Virus record (IMG/VR): IMGVR_UViG_3300044676_000708
Location: 1 to 25,047 of that record
DNA length: 25,047 bases
Strand: one strand, 5' to 3'
Origin: a virus
Taxonomy: Duplodnaviria; Caudoviricetes
In this document: piece after piece, positions 1 through 9,135 of the stretch
How positions within the stretch are numbered: position 1 is the first letter of the stretch
Layout of the letters: every line of letters begins with the position of its first letter
Notes under the pieces: generated by a model
The model's input: only the letters and a program-made list of their open reading frames with translations
Databases searched by the model: none
Told to the model about the DNA's origin: nothing
Position numbers and translations under genes: made by a program

Positions 1-44
1 GCTGTGTAGTGCTGTGCGATTTGTTCTGCTGTTAGTTCGTCCAT
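1..44 (-). CDS. 5' end of a small ORF truncated by the window edge (MDELTAEQIAQHYTA...), probable partner of the upstream fibre
   Basis: ATG at 44-42 directly follows the TAA (47-45) of the fibre gene; frame stays open to position 1; not in ORF track. Confidence 0.6.
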   Translation of the reverse strand, partial: MDELTAEQIAQHYT

Positions 45-1940
45 TTAAGCCTCCAGTGCTTCTATGCGTGTTTCTAATTGGTCAATCTTTGTTAGTGCTT
101 CCTGTAACGCTGCTGTTAGCAGTGGCACAAGTTTGCTTTGGTCTATGCCCTGATACTCTGGGTTGCCGTCTGCATCTATTGCGTCCTTTGTGCCAGTTAC
201 TGCATCTGCAACAATGTCTTGAACCTCGTGAGCAATGAAACCATCGCTTCGTGCGCCACCTTTGTCAATCCATTCAAAGTTCACAGGATTTAATAATTTT
301 AAGCGTTCTGTTGAGTTTGTTATTGGTTGAACATCAGTTTTTAAGCGGTAATCTGATGTCGTGTTATAAACAACAACATCGCTAGAATTAACAGTAATTG
401 AACCTCTTGCTGTACCACCACCAGCACCAGTATAGAAATTTATTAAACCACGAGTTCCAGAAACATATGTTTGATTATTCTTTACAGATATTGCATAGTT
501 TGCGGCAGTAGATGTTTGACTAAACATAAATCCAACAGCACCAGCGCTAGAAACCTCACCAGATTGAGTGGAAGATGTTGTCTGAACTGTTGTGCCAACA
601 AGCAGTCGGCCGCTGCTGTCGACAATAACTCTAGGATTACCATCGCCATCTGACAGCACGATGTTGTTGCTGGCTGTGCGGATGTCTAGGCCGCCTTGGT
701 TGCCGTTGTAGCGTCCAAGAATAGAGTTCTTTGAGCCTGTGGTTATGTAAAGACCAGAATATCTACCAATAAAAGTGTTCTCAACTCCGGTTGTAACATT
801 GTAACCAGCCGCAGAGCCTATAACAGTGTTGTAATATCCGGTAGTGCAGGCGAAACCAGCAGATTGCCCCACAGCAGTGTTTTCGTTGGTGGTGCCGTTG
901 TTGTAAAGTGCGTTGGAACCTACAGCCGTGTTGTAATCGCCTGTAGTGTTATCTCGCAAAGCCCTTTCGCCAAAGGCAGAGTTTTGAGTGCCAGTAGTAT
1001 TACTATACCCAGCCTGATAACCCAATGCTGTATTGTTGCTTGCAGTAGTGTTGAAGCGGAGCGCACTTGTTCCTAATGCCGTGTTGTATGTACCTGTGGT
1101 ATTAGCTTTAAGTGAATCAACACCAATAGTAGTATTGAAACTACCATTAGTGTTTGAATAGAGTGCGCCCTCGCCGACAGCAACAACGGCTGCACCAGTG
1201 GTATTACTAAAAGCAGCCATACGCCCCACAGCTGTGTTGCTGCTGGCGGTGGTGTTTGAAAAGAGAGCATAAGTGCCAATAGAAGTATTATTTCCACCTG
1301 TCGTTGTAGATGCTTGAGATTCAACACCAACGGCAACATTATTATTTGCCCCATTTGCTGTGTATAACGCAGCACCGCCAATGGCAATATTGTTGCCACC
1401 AGTAGAAGATGAGTATAGTGCCAATCTTCCAAGAGCAACATTGTCGCCGCCAGTCGTATTATTATACCCCGCCTGATAACCAACAGCCGTGTTGTTACTT
1501 GCAGTGGTGTTCTGGTTAAGAGATTGATACCCAAGCGCAACATTGTTTGCGCCAGAGGTGTTGTTTTGTAAGGCAAAATGACCAACGGCAGAAGATAGAT
1601 TTCCTGTTGTGTTCTGCTGCAAAGCATTAACACCTAAGCCAATGTTGTTGGTTCCAGTTGTATTATATTGACCTGCCTGACCGCCTACAAAAGTATTTTG
1701 TCCAGTTGTATTATATGAACCCGCATTTGTTCCTATGAAGGTACTATAACCACCAGTCGTAATGGAACTCCCAGCTAAATCACCCAACGCCACATTGCCT
1801 GTGCCAACAGGATAGTTACCGTCCAGCTTGATTGTGCCGCCGTCTACACTGACATTGCCAGCAACGGTGAGACCATCAATCGTCAGTGTTCCTGTAATGT
1901 CCCCATCTGCAATATTTGCTAGGTCTCTTGCTCTGGTCAT
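45..1940 (-). CDS. Tail fibre/spike with beta-solenoid repeats and C-terminal intramolecular chaperone (peptidase S74-like)
   Basis: 631 aa; long run of ~14-aa repeats N(T/V)A(V/L/I)GxxAxxxNT(T/G); YNTTSDYRLKTDV auto-cleavage-type motif, then GFIAHEVQ and terminal coiled coil (LVPLLTAALQEALTKIDQLE). Confidence 0.88.
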   Translation of the reverse strand: MTRARDLANIADGDITGTLTIDGLTVAGNVSVDGGTIKLDGNYPVGTGNVALGDLAGSSITTGGYSTFIGTNAGSYNTTGQNTFVGGQAGQYNTTGTNNIGLGVNALQQNTTGNLSSAVGHFALQNNTSGANNVALGYQSLNQNTTASNNTAVGYQAGYNNTTGGDNVALGRLALYSSSTGGNNIAIGGAALYTANGANNNVAVGVESQASTTTGGNNTSIGTYALFSNTTASSNTAVGRMAAFSNTTGAAVVAVGEGALYSNTNGSFNTTIGVDSLKANTTGTYNTALGTSALRFNTTASNNTALGYQAGYSNTTGTQNSAFGERALRDNTTGDYNTAVGSNALYNNGTTNENTAVGQSAGFACTTGYYNTVIGSAAGYNVTTGVENTFIGRYSGLYITTGSKNSILGRYNGNQGGLDIRTASNNIVLSDGDGNPRVIVDSSGRLLVGTTVQTTSSTQSGEVSSAGAVGFMFSQTSTAANYAISVKNNQTYVSGTRGLINFYTGAGGGTARGSITVNSSDVVVYNTTSDYRLKTDVQPITNSTERLKLLNPVNFEWIDKGGARSDGFIAHEVQDIVADAVTGTKDAIDADGNPEYQGIDQSKLVPLLTAALQEALTKIDQLETRIEALEA

Positions 1941-1943
1941 TTA

Positions 1944-2222
1944 CTATTCCTCTTCAGCAACAGGTGCCATCTCAGCCGCTTGTGCCGCCAGATTCGCTGC
2001 ATAGGCATCCTTAACATCCTGTGTATGTACCGCTGCACAGATAGCCTGAACCTCTGCGCTTTCCTGTGTGATGTCAGCGTCAGGTGCTACAACGTGCCGT
2101 GAAAAGCTACGGCTTATCTCAACGCCATCACGCTTGATGACTGTTGCGGTGCGTACTTGAACGTGCTTGTAGTCACCTACGATTTCGATTTTGTCTTGGA
2201 TTGTTTCTTCTGTTAGTGCCAT
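1944..2222 (-). CDS. Small protein, probable fibre assembly chaperone
   Basis: 92 aa, RBS AGGAG; directly downstream of a fibre ending in an LDDYEEGTW module; function inferred from position. Confidence 0.65.
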   Translation of the reverse strand: MALTEETIQDKIEIVGDYKHVQVRTATVIKRDGVEISRSFSRHVVAPDADITQESAEVQAICAAVHTQDVKDAYAANLAAQAAEMAPVAEEE

Positions 2223-2272
2223 CGTTTATCTCCTGTGATGGTTGGACTGTCCGACCCGCATCTCCGATGGGG

Positions 2273-4156
2273 TTATGCTGTTGTTTGATACTGTGCTGAT
2301 AATCTTAGGTCGTGATTACTAAATTCAGATGTAGCGTAAGGCGTGTTATCTTTGTAAAAGTAAATAGTACTGCCTTGAACCAGCAACCCGATAGAATCAG
2401 ATGTTGTAGCCGTTGTGTAAGCAAGTGAACCTGCGCTATCGCCATTAGTAGCAAATGGAAGGCCGCCTAAAGCCATATAAGTACCCTCACTATTTGTTGG
2501 GACTGATATATTGCAACTTAAAAACACCCTATTTCCTATTTTTGTATATGACGCAAGGGTTATGGTAGGTGTTAAACTACCGTTAACTATAGTTACATTC
2601 CAAGTCCCCTCCTCATAATCATCCAGATAGTTCGCTGAACCTGTGCCGCCCAAGTAGACACCGCCGGAGAGGTAAAGGTTTTTGAACTGAGTTGCGGTGT
2701 TCCCCAAATCAATAGCATTGTCTCTGTCAGCACCTGTTGTGCTTGCTGGCACAATGTAATCACCACCCGCTTCAAATTTTAAGGTTGTGTCTCCACTACC
2801 TATATATAGGTTTCCGCTTCTAGACCCAATCGTCCCCACCAGCGCGCTGTCTTTATAAAAAGCCGCAATAGGACCGTCATTGGATAGAAGATTAAATGAT
2901 GCTGGTTGAAATACGCTTCGTGTAGACCAGATGCCCCCAGATGCACTTGATTCAACACCAGCAGTGCCAAATGCTGAACTCGTCTTTCCCACCAGCAGAT
3001 TGCCGCTGCTGTCGAGGCGCATGCGTTCATCCCAAGACGAACCAGAGTTACTGGACTGATACCAACGCAAGTCGTTACCTGTCTCAAAGTCCATTACGGT
3101 CATATGAGTTCCCGCTTGGCTTCTGAATATCAAAGCACCGCTTCGATTTGGGAATGATGCGCTATTACCTCTCAGGTTAAGCGATGGCTGTACTGAACTC
3201 CATTCATAAGGACTGCTGTCACCAATGCCCACGTTGCCGCTGCTGTCGATGCGGAGGCGTTCATTGTTGCCATTGGTATAAAAACGCAAGGCGTTGCTTG
3301 TTCCTGCGTGAACTCCGATGTCATTGGATGTGTCACCTAAAATCCATCCGCTTGAAGCAATAAGCCCTTGATTTACACCTTGCTTATGAAAGCGAATTGC
3401 GCCGCCGCCTGTTGTGCTATTGTTGTCCAAATACAACGAAGGGTAGGTTGTGCTGAAAATAGTAAGCCCTGAATTTGCATCCGGCGAAGTAGTCCCAATG
3501 CCTACGTTGCCGCCATTAAAATAGCTATTTCCAGCAGTATCTAGCGCAATAGTATTTGTGCCTTCAGCCTTCATTCTGAGATATGCTTGGTCTACGTTTA
3601 CGCCTGTGCTACCTCTATTCCCTAACAAGACAAGTTCATAGTCAGATGAATTTACAATCAGGTCATCACCGTCACCTGTAATGTTAAGAGTGCCAGTTAC
3701 ATTTACACCTGTAGCTGTAGTATTAAACCGTGTAGTTCCTGCAACTTGTAATTGTAACTCACCTGTACCTACATCATTAATAATAGAATTACTACCGTCA
3801 TGGTAAATCTGTAGGTCATTACCAGTACCCATATTAATTTTTACATTGTCTTTAAAGTTTAGGTCAGCAGCCATGTTGCCACCAAAGACACTGAATGTAC
3901 CATAAACAATTACCTCTACTACATCACTTGCAGTCAAAGCAGCAAGACCACTAATAGTATTAGCAGTAGAAGTATTATAATCTGAACCTGCAACTAAGGC
4001 AGCACCATTTAAGCTAACGTCAACATAGTTACCGTCAGTAAAAGTAAGTACATTACTATTATCATCTGCACCACTAATGGATGTTTCTCCACCTGATGCA
4101 GTATAATAGTAACGGCTACGTGTAGCTTGTGATGGTGTTATACCTAGATAGGACAT
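2273..4156 (-). CDS. Tail fibre / receptor-binding protein (mosaic)
   Basis: 627 aa Gly/Ser/Thr-rich; repeated ERxRxDSSGN(V/L) and GNVGIG fibre motifs; C-terminal NYLDDYEEGTW...YTKIGNRV tip domain. Confidence 0.85.
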   Translation of the reverse strand: MSYLGITPSQATRSRYYYTASGGETSISGADDNSNVLTFTDGNYVDVSLNGAALVAGSDYNTSTANTISGLAALTASDVVEVIVYGTFSVFGGNMAADLNFKDNVKINMGTGNDLQIYHDGSNSIINDVGTGELQLQVAGTTRFNTTATGVNVTGTLNITGDGDDLIVNSSDYELVLLGNRGSTGVNVDQAYLRMKAEGTNTIALDTAGNSYFNGGNVGIGTTSPDANSGLTIFSTTYPSLYLDNNSTTGGGAIRFHKQGVNQGLIASSGWILGDTSNDIGVHAGTSNALRFYTNGNNERLRIDSSGNVGIGDSSPYEWSSVQPSLNLRGNSASFPNRSGALIFRSQAGTHMTVMDFETGNDLRWYQSSNSGSSWDERMRLDSSGNLLVGKTSSAFGTAGVESSASGGIWSTRSVFQPASFNLLSNDGPIAAFYKDSALVGTIGSRSGNLYIGSGDTTLKFEAGGDYIVPASTTGADRDNAIDLGNTATQFKNLYLSGGVYLGGTGSANYLDDYEEGTWNVTIVNGSLTPTITLASYTKIGNRVFLSCNISVPTNSEGTYMALGGLPFATNGDSAGSLAYTTATTSDSIGLLVQGSTIYFYKDNTPYATSEFSNHDLRLSAQYQTTA

Positions 4157-4157
4157 A

Positions 4158-4382
4158 TTAGGCTACCTCTTGTTCACCTTCTTCTTTAGGTTGAACTGAT
4201 TGAATAAGTAAATTAGTAAAGGCATCTTGTGCAGCTTGTACTTGGTCAAGTTCAAAACGAATATTAGCTGCCTTGCTTTGACAAGAACGAATTTGATTTG
4301 TTAGATATGTTTGCTGCTCATTAAGGTCTTCTGGCTTATAGTTTTTACCATTAATAGTTACTACATTATTTTGTTCAGTCAA
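4158..4382 (-). CDS. Small coiled-coil protein in fibre cluster
   Basis: 74 aa, TTG start preceded by AAGGAG; packed tightly against next gene. Confidence 0.7.
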   Translation of the reverse strand: MTEQNNVVTINGKNYKPEDLNEQQTYLTNQIRSCQSKAANIRFELDQVQAAQDAFTNLLIQSVQPKEEGEQEVA

Positions 4383-4406
4383 TTTATATACTCCTTTAAT
4401 TTAGTT

Positions 4407-4694
4407 TTATATTAATGCTTCTGCTTGTACCGCTGCTTCAGCATCAGCCGCAATAGCAGCTTGTTCTGCGTCATATGCAGCTTGCCAAGCGTCTACACAC
4501 CACTGATATGGGGACAAATCTGTAATTGCAGTATTGACAGGGTTGCCATCAGCATCTTTGCTTTCGACATCACCTTTTGTGTCGTACCATTGCAGTGCAT
4601 GAAACTCGCTAGGCAATGCAGACAAGTCTAAGTCTGTGTAGGCAATACCCTCTTTCACGACTGTGCCATCTTCTTTAATTATTGATACTCTCAT
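4407..4694 (-). CDS. Small acidic protein, probable tail fibre assembly chaperone
   Basis: 95 aa; ATGA overlap with upstream gene; HALQWY motif; position after a fibre. Confidence 0.65.
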   Translation of the reverse strand: MRVSIIKEDGTVVKEGIAYTDLDLSALPSEFHALQWYDTKGDVESKDADGNPVNTAITDLSPYQWCVDAWQAAYDAEQAAIAADAEAAVQAEALI

Positions 4695-4996
4695 TGCTTA
4701 ACCTCAATCATATCCATCAGAGTTGGGTTGTTTATTTTCTCTAGCAAATCGTGGCTAGTTGCGTTCTGCTTGACCATCTCATTGCGGAAGCTTTCAACAG
4801 CCGCACCTGTTTGGCGTGACTGCTGTGCGTTCTCAATAAGCAGCATTGGCATCCAAGCCATAGCGCAACCAAACTCATCTACGTCCTTACCGGTGTTAGC
4901 GTCTTTGCCAGCCAGCTTGATAAACCAAGCGCAGTCTAGCTGTTTGCAAGGCTCGAAGCTGTTGAGTGGGCAGTTATGTTTTACCTCTAACTGCAT
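4691..4996 (-). CDS. Cys-rich hypothetical protein coupled to fibre gene
   Basis: 101 aa; CPL-x5-C-x4-CAWF...GCAMAWMP; TGATG overlap with fibre stop. Confidence 0.75.
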   Translation of the reverse strand: MQLEVKHNCPLNSFEPCKQLDCAWFIKLAGKDANTGKDVDEFGCAMAWMPMLLIENAQQSRQTGAAVESFRNEMVKQNATSHDLLEKINNPTLMDMIEVKQ

Positions 4997-6411
4997 CAGT
5001 CTTTACTCGCCATAATTACGTCAACATACTTTACGTTGATTGCCGCTGTACCGCCTGAGAATGTCGCTGAAAGTGAGTGGCTGTGAGAGCCGCCGCCGCC
5101 TGTGTTATTTGTAACTCTTCCTCCAGTCGATGCTGAGTCTGAAAACGCTATACGACCACCTCCAGTACCAGAATTAGTACCATCAAAACCGTGATTGTGA
5201 CTTGGCATTTCAGCAATAGTCAGCGTATGTGAACCAGTAGAACCAGAGATAGTACCAGTAACAGTTGGCGTTGCGAGTGCAGTAGACAATCCAGATGAAC
5301 CGCCACTGCCTACTGTGCCGCTAACAATACGCAGTGCAGCGTCATTGTCTGTGGTTATCTTAGTCCAGCCTGTAGGTGCTGCGGTTTGACCGAACAGCAT
5401 CTTTGTGCCTGATGGAACCCCGCCACCAGACACAATGTCTGCAACGGTCTTTGAGTTAGTGCCATCACTGATAGAGCCGGATAGGTAGAGGTCAGAAAAA
5501 CGACCAGACGCAGTGCCAAGCTGCATTGTGCCATCGCTGTTAGCACCTGTGCTGGTGCAGGGGACAAGACCTTGTGACTGGAAGCGGATGTAACCATCTG
5601 AACCTGATGGAGTCCCGATGTAAAATTCAGTGCCAGTGTTGCCAATATTTCCCACCTTTGTGGTGTCCTTGAAAAACGACTGTAACTCACCATCACTGCT
5701 CAATCTTCGGATTGTTAAACCCGCACCTCCATCAACCGTTAATCCGGTGAAACCACTTGAACGTATTTCTGCACCTTCAGCAGCAACATTAGATGCTGTC
5801 TTACCTACCAGCAGATTGCCGCTGGTGTCTACAGTTACTCTGTCAACAGCATTAGTCATTAAAGAAAGATTATGAGAAGTAGTCATACCAAACCGCATAT
5901 TGCCGCCACTGGTATGCCTTATTCTCAAGCTGTTACTTTGTGCTGGTACTTCAAAACTTGCCAAATCTGTAGTGTCTTCAGACACAGTAAGTGAGCCAAC
6001 GCTGCTAGTTGTACCTATATTGACACCATCAGCTTGTAAGTTGCCAGTTACGTCAACGCCTGTGGATGTGGTGGCGAGTTTGGCTGCGTTGTCGTGGTAA
6101 AGCGTTACTGCACCATTTGTTGCAAAAGCCGCCTTATATTCAGTAAATGCTGAATTGGCAATAAACACATTATTGTCTGCGCCAATCCACAAACTGCCAC
6201 CAGCACCTGTTTCTGCAATATAAGCATTGCCACCAGTGTGATACACGCTTAAATCCGTGTTAAAGATGGCCTTGTCGTTGTCGCCGAACAACACATTGCC
6301 AGTGGTAGTCATGCCGTCTGTGGTGATGGCACCTGTAACTTCGGCATCACCAGTGACAGTCAGTTCATCTGCTGTATTAAATCGTGTTGGTCCTGCGCCA
6401 ATATAGCCCAT
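4996..6411 (-). CDS. Tail fibre with C-terminal tail-collar-like receptor-binding domain
   Basis: 471 aa; FGDNDKAIF and DTSGNLLVG fibre motifs; C-terminal VPSGTKMLFGQTAAPTGW...HTLTIAEMPSHNH...SHSHS collar/His tip motifs. Confidence 0.85.
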   Translation of the reverse strand: MGYIGAGPTRFNTADELTVTGDAEVTGAITTDGMTTTGNVLFGDNDKAIFNTDLSVYHTGGNAYIAETGAGGSLWIGADNNVFIANSAFTEYKAAFATNGAVTLYHDNAAKLATTSTGVDVTGNLQADGVNIGTTSSVGSLTVSEDTTDLASFEVPAQSNSLRIRHTSGGNMRFGMTTSHNLSLMTNAVDRVTVDTSGNLLVGKTASNVAAEGAEIRSSGFTGLTVDGGAGLTIRRLSSDGELQSFFKDTTKVGNIGNTGTEFYIGTPSGSDGYIRFQSQGLVPCTSTGANSDGTMQLGTASGRFSDLYLSGSISDGTNSKTVADIVSGGGVPSGTKMLFGQTAAPTGWTKITTDNDAALRIVSGTVGSGGSSGLSTALATPTVTGTISGSTGSHTLTIAEMPSHNHGFDGTNSGTGGGRIAFSDSASTGGRVTNNTGGGGSHSHSLSATFSGGTAAINVKYVDVIMASKD

Positions 6412-6421
6412 AAGTTATTCC

Positions 6422-6766
6422 TTAACTAATCTCAAGAATAGACATTACAACGTCTGCAGATGTAGCTGTATTGCTAGTGACTTTAATAGTATCACCCGGT
6501 TCTACTACTACTTTTTGGTCACCACCTACAACAACTAAAGAAGAACCTACAGGAATAGGAGCATTCTTAATAAGATATACACTATCTTCTGCACCACTAG
6601 TTCTAGTACTTGCATCTAATTGAACATCAACTTCAATTTGACTTGTATGTATATTAGCAACAGTTAAACCAATAATTGTTGTTTCAGTTGCAGAGGGACC
6701 TGTATAGATAATAGCTGGGCTAGTACCTACTCCTGTATCTGTTTTAGATTTAAATGCGTTTGCCAT
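6422..6766 (-). CDS. Small beta-rich virion protein (possible fibre attachment/adaptor)
   Basis: 114 aa with own promoter-like site; lies between long fibre and the other fibres; function inferred. Confidence 0.65.
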   Translation of the reverse strand: MANAFKSKTDTGVGTSPAIIYTGPSATETTIIGLTVANIHTSQIEVDVQLDASTRTSGAEDSVYLIKNAPIPVGSSLVVVGGDQKVVVEPGDTIKVTSNTATSADVVMSILEIS

Positions 6767-6793
6767 ATAAATATTCCACCTAATTATTAAAAG

Positions 6794-6822
6794 ATTATAC
6801 TATATTTTTTAACCCAATGCAA
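6794..6822 (-). promoter_or_regulatory. Sigma70-type promoter TTGCAT-N17-TATAAT
   Basis: -35 at 6822-6817, -10 at 6799-6794, 17-nt spacer, upstream of the 6766 start. Confidence 0.7.
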
Positions 6823-8857
6823 TAGCAATTGCAATGGCAAATCCTTCAGTTCCTACACCAGTTAAATTAGAACCGTTTCCATAGTAAGAACTAGCTGAAA
6901 CATTTCCAGACATAGTAATTGAAGTTCCTGATACGTGTCCTGTTAAAGTACCTCCTGATAGAGGTAAATGATTTGCAATGCTAGTAGCCATTGTTGCTGA
7001 AACAGCAGCAATTGCAGTATTACTATTATCAATGCTTGTTGCCATAGTTGCAGATAAAGCAGTTAATGCAGCATCTGTTGCAACTCCTGATGTAGAAATT
7101 ACACGGCTTGCATTAATATCAATACCTGTTCCTGCGGTATAAACAAGTGCAGAACTAAATTGTGTAAATGTAATGTTAGTAGTACCAAATGTAATTGTAC
7201 CTATAGTATTACATACATAAGCCTCACCTGCACCTGTAGCACCTTCTTGAACATAGAAGTAAGAACCTTCATCTAGCCCACTAACTGTTCCAGGAGCATA
7301 GTTATCTGTATCTGAAGAACGAGTAAGAATCCAGTTAGTAGAACCAGAACCTACATCAGTTACAACATATACACCGTTTTGTGTCTGGTCTGTTTGTTCA
7401 TATATAAGAACACGGTCAGCCACATTCATAGTAACGCCATCAATAACAAGAGCAGTCTGTGTACCTGCATTTGTTAGTGTCGCCCCTACTCCTGCAGTAC
7501 CATTATTATAAGTAGCATTAAGGTTAATAGGACTTTCTGCACGTACTGCATCATGGAAATGAATAGCTGCTGCAGTAAGATTGTCTACATATTGTTTTGT
7601 AGCTGCTTCAAGATTAGCAGTAGGAGCAGCATTAAGAATTACCGAACCTGTAAATGTGCCTCCCGATAAAGGCATATAGTTTGAAATAGATGTTGCTAAA
7701 GCACTAGATACTGTTGCAATATAACTATTTACAGATGTTATTGCACTGTTGATAGATGTAATTGATTCAGCATTTATCGAAGTTAAAGCACTTACAGCAG
7801 CAATAAGAGTATTACTATTACTAATACTTGTAGCAAAAGTAGAAGATAAATTTGTTACTACATTATTAATAGAAGTAATTGCTGCTATGTTTGTATTAAT
7901 ATTAGTAGTATTGTTTGTTACATTGGTATTAGTGTTATCAATACTAGTTGCCATTGTTGCAGATAAATTTGTTACTACACTATTAATAGAAGTAATAGCA
8001 TTAATATTAGTTGTTACATTAGCATTAGTATTATTAATAGATGTAGCCATTGTTGCAGATAAAGAAGCAACATCATTAACAGTAGCTACACTTACTCCTG
8101 CAAGGGTAGCTGCACTAACTATAGTAAGTTGATTAGCAGTAAAAGTATTAGTAGAGACATTTGCAAATGTAAGGTTTGCTGCATATAAGTTACCAATACT
8201 TGCATTTACCGCTTGTAAATCAGAAGTGCTAACTACAGGTGAAAAAATCTTTGACGTGGCACTTACATTATTAAATGTTGCATCAGTAGCACTAACTGTT
8301 TTTAAATTTGTAATACCTGCAACTGCAAGAGTACCTGATACAGATACATTATTTTCTACATACAAAGAAGAACCAGCTAGTGTACCACCTACAAAAGCAT
8401 TAGCAGAAATAGTAGTGGCTGCAGATACATCTGTAACACGGCCTGTCGCATCTACTGTAATAGTGGACATAGGTCCATAAACGCCAGCAGAGACCCCTGA
8501 GTTGGCTAAAGCAATAGTTGGGTTACCTGCTACCCCATCTGCGTTAGTAACGCTCAGTGCGCCTGTAGCGTCTATAGAACGCCCATATATAGTTCCAGCA
8601 TTAGCAGCAACAATTCCAATTGTGCTAGTTAGGTCTGCAACATTGTTTAAAGCAGAAGCATTAGCTGTAAGAGTTGAGCCTTGTAGTTGAACAGTACCTG
8701 TTAGATTAATAGTACTATTAGAAAGTTGTAAAGGACTTGTTGTTCCTTCACCATCTGATATGTTTCTAAGAGTAGTATCAATACCTGAATTATTATTACT
8801 TACTTGTAATAAATCTTTATAGGTACTTGCTATAGTTTTTCCTGTAAGTGTAGCCAT
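6809..8857 (-). CDS. Long tail fibre/whisker-like protein with coiled-coil repeats
   Basis: 682 aa Thr/Ser/Asn/Ala-rich; repeated (L/V)SATMATSIxN blocks; two PLSGGT(F/L)TG motifs; AATKQYVD; DRVLIYEQTDQTQNGVYVV module; hydrophobic C-terminus FAIAIAIALG. Confidence 0.82.
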   Translation of the reverse strand: MATLTGKTIASTYKDLLQVSNNNSGIDTTLRNISDGEGTTSPLQLSNSTINLTGTVQLQGSTLTANASALNNVADLTSTIGIVAANAGTIYGRSIDATGALSVTNADGVAGNPTIALANSGVSAGVYGPMSTITVDATGRVTDVSAATTISANAFVGGTLAGSSLYVENNVSVSGTLAVAGITNLKTVSATDATFNNVSATSKIFSPVVSTSDLQAVNASIGNLYAANLTFANVSTNTFTANQLTIVSAATLAGVSVATVNDVASLSATMATSINNTNANVTTNINAITSINSVVTNLSATMATSIDNTNTNVTNNTTNINTNIAAITSINNVVTNLSSTFATSISNSNTLIAAVSALTSINAESITSINSAITSVNSYIATVSSALATSISNYMPLSGGTFTGSVILNAAPTANLEAATKQYVDNLTAAAIHFHDAVRAESPINLNATYNNGTAGVGATLTNAGTQTALVIDGVTMNVADRVLIYEQTDQTQNGVYVVTDVGSGSTNWILTRSSDTDNYAPGTVSGLDEGSYFYVQEGATGAGEAYVCNTIGTITFGTTNITFTQFSSALVYTAGTGIDINASRVISTSGVATDAALTALSATMATSIDNSNTAIAAVSATMATSIANHLPLSGGTLTGHVSGTSITMSGNVSASSYYGNGSNLTGVGTEGFAIAIAIALG
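7844..7996. repeat. Intragenic 36-bp near-identical direct repeat (117-bp offset)
   Basis: agataaatttgttactaca(t/c)tattaatagaagtaat at 7844-7879 and 7961-7996, encoding ITSIN(N/S)VVTNLS. Confidence 0.85.
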
Positions 8858-9135
8858 TATACATTGTTCCAGTACTTAGTTATGTCTTCCCATTTAGTAT
8901 TAGCTAATTCCCATACAGCATTTCTATCATTATTATTCTCTGGTCTTGCGTTAAGAATAAAGCTTTTTTCTGAAAGGGTAGGTGGTTTGTTTTGAGGATG
9001 GTTTTTTAAATCATATGCACCATCAAAGTCACGAGGGCAGACCATAAGACCATAGCTGTTTTTTTTCATAACGCTGCGGCGGTATTCAAATCCGCATACG
9101 TCACACTCAACTATAGAATTAAAACCTCTTGCCAT
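8857..9135 (-). CDS. Cys-motif (zinc-ribbon-like) small protein, paralog 2
   Basis: Start revised to 9135 (TAATG overlap), 92 aa; CDVCGF...NSYGLMVCP.DF...DLKNHPQNK. Confidence 0.8.
   Translation of the reverse strand: MARGFNSIVECDVCGFEYRRSVMKKNSYGLMVCPRDFDGAYDLKNHPQNKPPTLSEKSFILNARPENNNDRNAVWELANTKWEDITKYWNNV

Noticed and set aside
1073-1633. Nested alternative-frame minus-strand ORFs (also 2593-2775, 2800-3087, 5355-5696, 10347-10661, 16599-16937, 17918-18115, 21136-21336, 21421-21693)
   Set aside because: Lie inside or across stronger genes; compositions look like frame-shift by-products
45-6411. Diversity-generating retroelement or invertase-driven fibre switching
   Set aside because: No reverse transcriptase, no long TR/VR pair with A-specific mismatches seen, no recombinase, and all modules are on one strand
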